Positions 33,662-41,608 of a stretch of 64,000 nucleotides of DNA are shown piece by piece; position 1 is the first letter of the stretch; each line of letters opens with the position of its first letter. A program made the translations under genes and the position numbers. The notes under the pieces were generated by a model that worked only from the letters and a program-made list of their open reading frames with translations, was not told the origin of the DNA and searched no databases. This stretch comes from Candidatus Zixiibacteriota bacterium. Its GTDB lineage: Bacteria; Electryoneota; B3-LCP. The DNA is taken from contig QZKQ01000033.1 in the NCBI GenBank assembly GCA_003599535.1, positions 48,837 to 112,836 on the forward strand, given 5' to 3'.

Positions 33662-36172
33662 ATGGGACATGCCTACCGCTTCTTGTTTGCCGGCTTGATG
33701 CTCGCCCTGTCCGCCCTGCCCGCCCGGGCTGTGGTGGACCTGAATTCCGCCCCTCTTGACCAGATCCAATCGTTACCTTTAAGCCCGGAGCAGGCCCGGG
33801 CGATCTGGGAGCGGGTGTACTACCAGGGGCCCCTGGGGAGTCTCTACGATCTCTTCGATCTGCCCGGCTTCGACACCCCCACGGTGGAAGCCCTGCGTCC
33901 CCTGGTGCGGGTGGAACCCCCGGTTTCCGGCGACCTGCGCGCCGCACGCCGGGAACGGCTCTCCCGGCGCCTCAGCGACCTGGGCACCGATGAAGGCTCC
34001 GGGGCCGCCTGGTCGGACGCCTGGTTCGACCGGCTGGTGGATCCCCTGAACGTCAACCGGGCCTCCGCCGAAGAGATGGCGGGACTGGAAAACCTCTCCC
34101 CGGTGGACGCGGTGGCCATCTACAACCAGGTCAGGTCTCAGGGCGAGCTGAAGAGCGTGCGCGAGCTGCGCACCGTCCCGGGGCTGTCCCGCTTCGGCTA
34201 CTATTCCGCCCGGGATTACCTGGTGTTCGAGGACGCGGCGGAGATCCGCGCCCTGCACGGGTCCTACCAGTTCCGCGCCTACAATATCCCCTACTTCCAG
34301 GATGAAGAAGACGTCATCCCCGCTGAAGCCCTGCGAAGTCCCGAACCGGATCTGACCCACAAGCTGCGCCTGAACTACGGCCGGCAGTGGCGCTTCGGCC
34401 TGTCCTATCACCGCAATTTCGGCGAACCGGATGCCTACTTCAATCCCGGCGCCGGATTCCAGATCCCCGAAGTAAAAGCCTACCTGGGGCTGGAAGATCG
34501 TCCTCTCGGTCCCGTGAAACTGGAGCGCGCTTACCTGGGCAATTTCCACGTGTCCGTGGGGCAGGGGTTGATCGTGGAGACGGGCGATTACTTCACGCCG
34601 CGCTATTCCGGCTACGATTTCGCCCAGCGGCCGTACGGCGTGATTGGGGACTTGTCGCGCACCCGGGAATACGGCTTCCGCGGTGTGGCGGCGCAGGCTG
34701 CGTGGAAGAAGCTCTCGGTCCTGGGCTTCGTGTCCCTGGACGAGAAGGACGCCGTGGTCAATCCCGACGGCTCCTTCAGCTATCTGGTCTCCCTGACGCC
34801 CCGGCAGGACTTCGACCTCTACCCCGCCGCCCTGGCCGATCCGGAAGACAGCAGCAGTTGGGTGGACCCCTATCCCGGTACGCAGAGCCCGCTGGAGGCG
34901 GTCAAGGAATTCGCCGCCGGCACCAACCTGCAGTACCGTTTCGCCCCGGGGTCGCACGTGGGCGTGACCTACTTCGAGACCCTGTACGATCGGGAGCTGC
35001 ACCCCGACATCTACGCCCTGGTGGATTCGGCCGAATACGACGAGATCAACGACGACTACGCCAACGCGGAAATCCTGAACTCCTACTCGTCCCTGGCGCG
35101 GTCGTCCATCTGGGGTCCGGCGCAGTCGCTGCGGCGCATCTACGGCCTGGAAGGACGCTGGGTGGTCAATAACCTGGCCTTCCAGGGGGAAGTGGCTGAA
35201 CTGGAGGTGGACGGGTCGCCCTTCAAGTTCGGCGACGACCCCAAGGCCATGGTCTTTTCTGCCTTCGCCCAGTGGAACAGCGTGAATCTGCTGGCTCTCT
35301 ACCGCCACTACGACGTGGCCTACGACAACCCCTACAATCGCGGCTTCGCCAACTACTCCCGCTACAAGGGCACCATTTTCGAAGATTACTACTACCTGAA
35401 CGATCCGACGTTGGGATCGCTCTACACCAACGCCGCCGCGCCCCAGGCCGAGGACGGAGTGTTCCTGAAATCGCGGGTGCAGTGGAGCCGCCAGGTGACT
35501 TCACAGGTGGAACTGGACAACTGGACCCGCCTGGCCGACGGGCAGGACTACCACCGCTGGGTGGTGAAACTCTACTACCGGCCGGTCTACCCGGTACAGT
35601 TCAACCTGCGGCAGAAGTTCCAGGCCCGCGCGGCGCTGAATCCGTTCGACAAGCAGTACTACGACAGCCGGGAAAGCCGCCTGACCCTGCGCCTGCTGCT
35701 GTCCCGCCGCGACCGGGTGGAACTGTTCTACGCCGCGGGGTACACCCAGTGGCCGCCCCGCCCGCGCTTCAGCGGCGACCCTGCGCCCACCGGGAATTAC
35801 ACCTCCATCGGCAACAACGCCGTGCACAACGAGGCGCTGGGAATCACCCTGGAACACCACTTCAGCAACCGCTTGCAGGCTTCCGCCTTCTGGGGGATGT
35901 ACCAGGGCTTCCTGTGGACCTTCGAGGACACCGATTTCATCATCCTGGACGGGGAAGCGACCCGCGCCTGGTTCGCCCTGGCCTCGCGGCTTTCCGACCA
36001 GATTTCCGTGCGCCTGAAGTACGCCTTCGAAGACGGCCTGCCGGTGACCAACGTCCAGGCCCGCGATAACAACGAGTGGCCTGTCCAGCAGCCGGTCGGC
36101 CAGCCCACCTCCGCCTGGAACGTGACCGACCACACTGATTCCTTCCGGGTGCAGGTGGATTGGTATTTTTAA
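33662..36172 (+). CDS. helix-hairpin-helix (ComEA-like) motif protein fused to a large predicted outer-membrane beta-barrel
   Basis: Signal peptide MGHAYRFLFAGLMLALSALPARA. HhH-like motifs VDLNSAPLDQIQSLPLSPEQARAI and VNRASAEEMAGLENLSPVDAVAIYNQV. About 600 aa of amphipathic beta-strand pattern ending ..FRVQVDWYF (terminal aromatic OMP signal). Confidence 0.62.
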   Translation: MGHAYRFLFAGLMLALSALPARAVVDLNSAPLDQIQSLPLSPEQARAIWERVYYQGPLGSLYDLFDLPGFDTPTVEALRPLVRVEPPVSGDLRAARRERLSRRLSDLGTDEGSGAAWSDAWFDRLVDPLNVNRASAEEMAGLENLSPVDAVAIYNQVRSQGELKSVRELRTVPGLSRFGYYSARDYLVFEDAAEIRALHGSYQFRAYNIPYFQDEEDVIPAEALRSPEPDLTHKLRLNYGRQWRFGLSYHRNFGEPDAYFNPGAGFQIPEVKAYLGLEDRPLGPVKLERAYLGNFHVSVGQGLIVETGDYFTPRYSGYDFAQRPYGVIGDLSRTREYGFRGVAAQAAWKKLSVLGFVSLDEKDAVVNPDGSFSYLVSLTPRQDFDLYPAALADPEDSSSWVDPYPGTQSPLEAVKEFAAGTNLQYRFAPGSHVGVTYFETLYDRELHPDIYALVDSAEYDEINDDYANAEILNSYSSLARSSIWGPAQSLRRIYGLEGRWVVNNLAFQGEVAELEVDGSPFKFGDDPKAMVFSAFAQWNSVNLLALYRHYDVAYDNPYNRGFANYSRYKGTIFEDYYYLNDPTLGSLYTNAAAPQAEDGVFLKSRVQWSRQVTSQVELDNWTRLADGQDYHRWVVKLYYRPVYPVQFNLRQKFQARAALNPFDKQYYDSRESRLTLRLLLSRRDRVELFYAAGYTQWPPRPRFSGDPAPTGNYTSIGNNAVHNEALGITLEHHFSNRLQASAFWGMYQGFLWTFEDTDFIILDGEATRAWFALASRLSDQISVRLKYAFEDGLPVTNVQARDNNEWPVQQPVGQPTSAWNVTDHTDSFRVQVDWYF

Positions 36173-36598
36173 GCAAGAATCCAGAAGCCAGAATACAGGA
36201 GCCAGGAGGTCCGGAGGGTGGGATAGGCATTCTTGCCTGTCGGAGGGCAATCCGTCTCCTGACGGATCGTGGCCAACACCCCGAAGGGGTGATCTTTTTG
36301 TAGCCGTAGGTTTCAACCTACGGAGAGGATCAGCCTCCTCCCCTTCTCGACCCCGTAGGGGTCGAACCATGTAATCCGCGTAACCTGCTAAATCGTTGAA
36401 AATCTGCGATTCTGACGGGGAGAGGAAGCGACCCCCGCCGCCAGGAATCGCCACTTAAGGGCGGGCTTAAGTCCCACTTCGCTCCAATCCTGGCGGCAAC
36501 GTGAAGCACCCGGCACACTCTGGATCCCATGGTTCGCTGGGAGGACATCGCCGAGAACCGAGAGCCGAGAGCCAACAGCCAAGCGCCAACAGCCATAC
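36173..36598 (+). repeat. modular hairpin-rich intergenic mosaic, copy D
   Basis: Same module order as copy C: heptamers AATCCAGAAGCCAGAATACAGGAGCCAGGAG, GATCGTGGCC module, CACCCCGAAGGGGTG, CCGTAGGTTTCAACCTACGG, GACCCCGTAGGGGTC, ATCTGCGATTCTGAC (36402-36416), GCCGCCAGGA/TCCTGGCGGC (36437-36497), (AGCCRAS)n 36556-36594. Confidence 0.85.
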
Positions 36599-37360
36599 AT
36601 GACCACCCTGCAACTGCAAACCCATATCGTCTACGGTCCGGTACGATCCCGGCGCCTGGGGAAATCCCTGGGCGTCAACCTGAGCCCCATTCCCTACAAG
36701 CTGTGCCCGTATAACTGCGTCTACTGCCAGTACGGCTGGACCCGGGTGCTATCCACCGAAGCGGAACCTTACCTCGACGACTTTCCCCGCGTGGACGAGC
36801 TGTCCCGAGCTCTGGAAGAATTCCCCGCATCCCTGGACGACCTGGACCACATCACCTTCTCGGGCAACGGGGAAGCCACGCTGCACCCCGACTTCAACCG
36901 GGCTGTGGACCTCGTCACGGACTTCCGCGACCGCCGCGCCCCGCGCGCCCGGACGGCCATCCTGTCCAATGCCGCCCTGGTGGACCGGCCGGAGGTGCGC
37001 CATGCCCTGATGCGGCTCGACCGCCGCATCATGAAGCTGGACGCCGGCGACGAAACCACCTGGAAGCGCCTCAACCGCGCACCGGCCCGTATCACCTTTC
37101 CCGCCCTGGTGGAAGGCCTGCAAGCGCTGAAAGATTACGAGATTCAGGCCCTCTTCCTGGACGGTCCCTTCAGCAACAGCACGCCCCCGGCGGTGGAAGC
37201 CTGGGTCCGGCTGGCGGCGGAACTGAAGCCGCTGCGGGCGCAGATCTACACCCTGGACCGAGTTCCCGCCGACGCCACGCTCCTGCCGGTGTCCCCCCAG
37301 CGGCTGCTGGAAATCCGCGACTTGGCCCGGGCGGCGGGGTTGGAAGTAGAGGTGTACTGA
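36599..37360 (+). CDS. radical SAM protein (function unknown)
   Basis: CPYNCVYCQYG CxxxCxxC cluster near the N-terminus. About 250-aa single-domain enzyme. Confidence 0.75.
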   Translation: MTTLQLQTHIVYGPVRSRRLGKSLGVNLSPIPYKLCPYNCVYCQYGWTRVLSTEAEPYLDDFPRVDELSRALEEFPASLDDLDHITFSGNGEATLHPDFNRAVDLVTDFRDRRAPRARTAILSNAALVDRPEVRHALMRLDRRIMKLDAGDETTWKRLNRAPARITFPALVEGLQALKDYEIQALFLDGPFSNSTPPAVEAWVRLAAELKPLRAQIYTLDRVPADATLLPVSPQRLLEIRDLARAAGLEVEVY

Positions 37361-37388
37361 AGCTGGGCAGAATTCAGCGTCCGCCGTC

Positions 37389-37520
37389 GCACCCGAATAA
37401 ATTCGGGTGCTCTCTGAAAGCCAAGTAATTGAAACCACTAAAGCCAGTGGTCTTGAATCACTATATTTCAGTCTCTTTAGAGACTTTATTCCTATGGAGC
37501 ACTCGAATTTATTCGGGTGT
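37389..37520 (+). repeat. about 130-nt four-hairpin composite element (copy K) upstream of ltaE
   Basis: GCACCCGAAT-AA-ATTCGGGTGC (37389-37410), CCACT-AAAGCC-AGTGG, AGTCTCT-TT-AGAGACT (37470-37485), GCACTCGAAT-TT-ATTCGGGTGT (37499-37520). Collinear with 23296-23424. Confidence 0.85.
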
Positions 37521-37538
37521 CATCACCGGACCCATGCC

Positions 37539-38573
37539 ATGAAACCCATCGACCTGCGTTCCGATACCGTGACCCGCCCCACGCCCGCCATGCGCGAAGC
37601 CATGGCCCGGGCCGAAGTGGGCGACGACGTTTTCGGGGAAGATCCCACCGTCAACCGGCTGCAGGAGACCACGGCCGCGCTGCTGGGCAAGGAAGCCGCC
37701 CTGTACGTGCCCTCCGGCACCATGGCCAACCAGTTGGCCGTGAAATCTCACACCCAGGCCGGCGACGAGGTCATCCTGGAAGCCAATTCCCACGTCTTCA
37801 ACTATGAATCCGGCGGGCCGGCGGTGCTGTCGGCCGTGCAGATCAATCCGCTGCCGGGGGTGCGCGGCGTGTTCACCGCCGAACAGGTGGAAGCCGCCAT
37901 CCGCCCCACCGACCACCACTTCGCCCAGACCCGGCTGGTGGTCATCGAGAACACCCACAACCGCGCCGGCGGCGCCATCTTCCCGGTCGAGGAGATGCGC
38001 CGCATCCGCGAGACGGCCGACCGCCGCGGCCTGGCCCTCCACCTGGACGGGGCGCGCCTGTGGAACGCCTCGGCCGCCACCGGGCTGGCCCTGCGCGCCT
38101 GGGCGGATCTGGCCGATTCCGTCTCCTGCTGCTTCTCGAAGGGCCTGGGTGCGCCGGTGGGTTCCTGCCTCGCCGGGACGAAGGCGTTCATTGACCGCGC
38201 CCACCGCTTCCGCAAGGTGTTCGGCGGCGGCATGCGCCAGGCGGGCATTCTGGCCGCAGCGGCGCTATACGCGGTTGAAAACCACCGCGCCCGGCTGGCC
38301 GACGACCACGCCCACGCCAGGCTGCTGGCCGAAACCATTTCCGCCCTGCCCGGCGCCCTCCTCGACCCGGCCCACGTGCAGACCAACATCCTGATCGTGG
38401 AACTGGGCCCCGAAGCCCCTTTCGATGCGAAGGAACTGGTTCGGCGCCTGAAGGACTCGGGAGTATTGTGCCTGGACACCGCCCCGCGAAAAATCCGCCT
38501 GGTGACTCACCTGGACGTTTCCCGCGAGCAGGTGCTGGATGCCTGCGAGCGGATTCGCCAGGTGTGGAAATAG
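37539..38573 (+). CDS. ltaE: low-specificity L-threonine aldolase
   Basis: [34 protein letters not shown].. is the canonical LtaE N-terminus. Start ATG 37539 inside ORF 37407-38573. Confidence 0.9.
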   Translation: MKPIDLRSDTVTRPTPAMREAMARAEVGDDVFGEDPTVNRLQETTAALLGKEAALYVPSGTMANQLAVKSHTQAGDEVILEANSHVFNYESGGPAVLSAVQINPLPGVRGVFTAEQVEAAIRPTDHHFAQTRLVVIENTHNRAGGAIFPVEEMRRIRETADRRGLALHLDGARLWNASAATGLALRAWADLADSVSCCFSKGLGAPVGSCLAGTKAFIDRAHRFRKVFGGGMRQAGILAAAALYAVENHRARLADDHAHARLLAETISALPGALLDPAHVQTNILIVELGPEAPFDAKELVRRLKDSGVLCLDTAPRKIRLVTHLDVSREQVLDACERIRQVWK

Positions 38574-38852
38574 GATTAGCCACAGATTGCACAGATAAAA
38601 GCTATTTCTCGCAAAGACGCAAATACATCTCCACGCAAAGGGCGCAAAGAAGGGGTTAGGGGTCGGGGGGGATTAGAGGTTGGGAGATAGCGCGTAGAGG
38701 CGGGGCTTGCCCCCGCCCGGTTGGGGATCAGAGTGTAAGGCGGACTAAACGGCAGAGCACCAACCTCTCCCTGCCACTATCCTCGATCCGCCGCGCAGTC
38801 CGCCGGGTACTGGCGTAGGGTTGCGTAGAGGCCCGGAAATAGTTTTCCACCC
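38574..38852. repeat. intergenic mosaic, copy E (variant module set)
   Basis: Heptamer-like words CCACAGATTGCACAGATAAAAGC..CGCAAAGACGCAAAT..GGGGTTAGGGGTCGGGGGGG. GGCGGGGCTTGCCCCCGCC hairpin. GGCGGACT..AGTCCGCC stem (38739-38804), homologous in inverted orientation to 41400-41467. Confidence 0.7.
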
Positions 38853-39623
38853 ATGAATACCCAACAGAGCATCGCCTACACCCTGGGCGCCACCCCGGAA
38901 GTCATGCCCTACCTGGGGCGGCTCCTGGCGGACCTGCAGGCGCTGGGATCGTCTCCCAGCCTGATCGTGGATCTGCTCCGCCCCCTGGGCCTGCCCCCGG
39001 ACAGCCGCGTCCTGGACCTGGGGTGCGGCAAGGGCGCTGTGGCCCTGGAAATCGCCCAGAGGCTGGGCTTTCAGGTAGAGGGAGTGGACGGCTTCAGGCC
39101 GTTCATTCAGGCGGCGCGGCGGCGGGCCAAGCGGTTGAGGCTGTCCGGTCTCTGCCGGTTTGAATGCGCCGACCTGCGGGACGTGTTCCGCCGGCCGGAA
39201 ACATACGACGTGATCGTCCTGGCCGCCATCGGGCCGGTGCTGGGGGACATGGCGCAGACCGTGGGGACGCTGCGGCAGAGAGTGCGTCCCGGCGGGTACC
39301 TGGTGCTGGATGACGGCTTCCTGGATCCGGGCGAAGGCACCGTACCGGACAGCTACACGGCCTATCTTCCCTACCGGGAAACGGTAGCACAGATGACTTC
39401 CTTCGGCGACCGGGTGATCCACGAACGGATCTTTTCGCCGGACGAGATCCGCGCCACCAACGCCGCGATATACGCGAAAATCCGCCGCCGCGCCGCGAGC
39501 ATCATCCGCCGCCACCCGGCAGCGGCAGAGGCCATCCAGGAATACCTCCGCGGCCAGGAAGATGAGAACCTGGCCCTGGAAACCCGGGTGCGGTCGGCGC
39601 TGTGGGTGGTGAAAATAAAGTAA
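38853..39623 (+). CDS. class I SAM-dependent methyltransferase
   Basis: Motif I VLDLGCGKGAVALEIA, motif post-I ..GVD.., motif II ..YDVIVLAA... Confidence 0.8.
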   Translation: MNTQQSIAYTLGATPEVMPYLGRLLADLQALGSSPSLIVDLLRPLGLPPDSRVLDLGCGKGAVALEIAQRLGFQVEGVDGFRPFIQAARRRAKRLRLSGLCRFECADLRDVFRRPETYDVIVLAAIGPVLGDMAQTVGTLRQRVRPGGYLVLDDGFLDPGEGTVPDSYTAYLPYRETVAQMTSFGDRVIHERIFSPDEIRATNAAIYAKIRRRAASIIRRHPAAAEAIQEYLRGQEDENLALETRVRSALWVVKIK

Positions 39624-39935
39624 AGACCCTCACCTCCGTTTTAGCGTTGTCAGAATCGCAGATGGAACGGAGGGAACGGATGTTGGTCCACCCCTTCAGG
39701 GTGGCACAGGAGGGTGGGGTATCCTTCTCCGGGGGTTACCACGCAGTGGTCCCTTCGGGAAAACACCCCGGCTACTAAAAGACCACCCTTCCAGGGTGAA
39801 GGCCACGATCCTTCGGTAGACAGATGGCCTTCCCAATCTCCTGGCTCCTGACTCCTATTCTTGTGCCTTTTGTATTCTTTTCTTCGTTCATCTGTGTCCA
39901 TCTGTGTGATCTGTGGCTTCCCAACTCATCCCCTC
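39624..39935 (-). repeat. modular hairpin-rich intergenic mosaic, copy F (inverted); left arm of the inverted pair around the YhaM-like gene
   Basis: The reverse complement of 39649-39788 aligns with 41059-41200 with about 8 differences in 142 nt. Outer end GTCAGAATCGCAGAT (39649-39663). Heptamers CTCCTGGCTCCTGACTCCTATTCTTGTGCC face the gene. Confidence 0.88.
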
Positions 39936-39947
39936 ATGGAGCCTCCC

Positions 39948-40949
39948 ATGTCCTCCGCCCTCACCGACAAATTCCTTCGAGAGCTGGCCGAAAACGAGCG
40001 TTTCGCCGGGTTCGTGGTACTGCGCAGCATCCATGTGCGCCAGAAGAAGGATGGGTCCCCCTTCCTGACCCTCGAATTCGGCGACCGGTCGGGCCGCATG
40101 CCCGGCAAGCTGTGGGATCACGTGGAAGAGTACCGCAAGATCCTGGAACCGGGCAAGATCGTCAAGCTGCTGGGCAGCGTAACCACCTACCAGGATCAGA
40201 AGGAGATCCAGATCGAGCGGCTGCGGCTGACCACGCCCGAAGATCCCGTGGACCGTTCCCGCCTGATTGCCGTCAGCGAACGCCCGGTCGAGGAGATGCG
40301 CCGCCACCTGCGCCGGTTGATCGAAGCGGTGGTTCAGCCCGGGTTACGCTCCTTCCTGCGCCGCTTCTTTGACGACCCCGCCATCGCCGGCCCCTGGCTG
40401 GAAGCGCCCGCCGGAAAGCTCTGGCACCACTGCTACCTGGGCGGCCTGGCCGAACATTCCCTGAATATGGCGGAAATCCTGCTGAAGGTGGCGGAACTGT
40501 ACCCCCACGCGGATAAGGACCTGCTCATCGCCGGCGCCCTGCTGCACGACGTGGGCAAAATCGAGGAGCTGTCCTGGGACACGGACATTGACTACACCGA
40601 TCGCGGCCGGCTGGTGGGGCACATCGTTCTGGGGCAGGAAATCCTGCTGCGCCACCGCCAGGACGGCGAAATGCCGGAAGAGACCTGGAACTGCCTCCTG
40701 CACCTGCTGCTGGCCCACCAGGGCAACGGCGAACAGGGGTCGCCGGTGAAGCCGCAGACCCTGGAAGCCATCCTGCTGTACTACGCCGACGAAATGGATT
40801 CCAAGGCCAACGCCTTCAACCGCATCATCCAGCGCGCGCGGGAACAGGGCGACCGCTGGTCGGAATATATCAAGCTGATGGAACGCTTCCTGTACGCCGG
40901 ATCAAAGCCGCAGGAGGGGGGGGAGGTCAAGGAAGGGGATCTGTTTTAG
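39948..40949 (+). CDS. YhaM-like 3'-5' exoribonuclease (OB-fold + HD domain)
   Basis: N-terminal OB-fold (..VVLRSIHVRQKKDGSPFLTLEFGDRSGRMPGKLWD..) and HD domain (..LLHDVGKIEE.., ..LLAHQGNGE..). ATG 39948 has GGAG 6 nt upstream. ATG 39936 is an alternative. Confidence 0.8.
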   Translation: MSSALTDKFLRELAENERFAGFVVLRSIHVRQKKDGSPFLTLEFGDRSGRMPGKLWDHVEEYRKILEPGKIVKLLGSVTTYQDQKEIQIERLRLTTPEDPVDRSRLIAVSERPVEEMRRHLRRLIEAVVQPGLRSFLRRFFDDPAIAGPWLEAPAGKLWHHCYLGGLAEHSLNMAEILLKVAELYPHADKDLLIAGALLHDVGKIEELSWDTDIDYTDRGRLVGHIVLGQEILLRHRQDGEMPEETWNCLLHLLLAHQGNGEQGSPVKPQTLEAILLYYADEMDSKANAFNRIIQRAREQGDRWSEYIKLMERFLYAGSKPQEGGEVKEGDLF

Positions 40950-41608
40950 CCACGGAAATAGAATTCAGAAGCCAGAATTCAGAAGCCAGAAGAAGAATAC
41001 AGGAGCCAGGCGTCAGGAGCCAGGAGCCGGGAGTCAGGAGCCAGAATATCACCCCGCAGGGGTGGTCTTTTAGTAGCCGGGGCGTTTTCCCGAAGGGACC
41101 ACTGCGTGGTAACCCCCGGAGAACGGATTCCCCACCCTCCTGTGCCACCCTGAAGGGGTGGACCATAATCCCCTCCCTCCGTTCTATCTGCGATTCTGAC
41201 CATGAGATTGCTTCGGCCGCTGAAAAAACGCGGCCTCGCAATGACACTGCCGGGCGATGGGCGGAGATTGCTTCGGCCGCTGAAAACCGCGGGCCTCGCA
41301 ATGACACTGCCGGGCGATGGGCGGAGATTGCTTCGGCCGCTGAAAACCGCGGGCCTCGCAATGACACTGTTAGTTAAGCATCAAGCGTCAAGAACCCCCG
41401 GCGGACTGCGCGGCGGGTTAATGAATTGAGCGAAGGATGGGTTCGGCGCTCCGCCGCTTAGTCCGCCCTACAACACTCCCCACATGAAGGTGGCGCAAGC
41501 GTCCCCGCTTGCGATTGTTTCCACCGGCAGAGACGCCGGCGCTATCCTCTTTTACTTATTACTTATTACTTTATACTTCTTTTATCTCTGACTTCAAAGG
41601 AGCTTTTC
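40950..41608 (+). repeat. modular hairpin-rich intergenic mosaic, copy G; right arm of the inverted pair around the YhaM-like gene
   Basis: 12-unit heptamer tract 40961-41044; arm 41059-41200 ending ATCTGCGATTCTGAC; tandem 60-mers 41204-41369; GGCGGACT..AGTCCGCC stem 41400-41467; CGCAAGCG-TCCC-CGCTTGCG 41494-41513; TACTTAT-type heptamers 41550-41590. Confidence 0.88.
41204..41369 (+). repeat. tandem direct repeat, 60-nt unit x 2.8
   Basis: Units 41204-41263, 41264-41323 and 41324-41369 of GAGATTGCTTCGGCCGCTGAAAACCGCGGGCCTCGCAATGACACTGCCGGGCGATGGGCG. Units 2 and 3 are identical. Unit 1 differs in the AAAAAACGCGG loop. Each unit carries an ATTGC..GGCCGC/GCGGCC..GCAAT hairpin. Confidence 0.92.

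Noticed and set aside
39650-39901. Small ORFs inside mosaic copies that share a C-terminal peptide (..GYPTLLCHPEGVDQHPFPPFHLRF*; equivalents in copies C, G and A), considered as a conserved micro-protein or a decayed gene 3' end
   Set aside because: Copies differ by indels that are not multiples of three (for example a 1-nt indel between arms F and G). Copy D has in-frame stops. Copy A reads in a different frame. Similarity is explained at the DNA or hairpin level.
40927-41367. 146-aa minus-strand ORF with the repeated peptide SLRGPRFSAAEAIS, and the plus-strand ORF 41202-41429
   Set aside because: Both are translations of the 60-nt tandem repeat and adjacent mosaic modules. The repeat period, the lack of RBS and the overlap with hairpins argue for non-coding DNA.
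41204-41369. Possible CRISPR array (regularly spaced repeats)
   Set aside because: The 60-nt units are directly adjacent with no unique spacers between them. There are only 2.8 copies, no cas genes and no leader. It is a simple tandem repeat.
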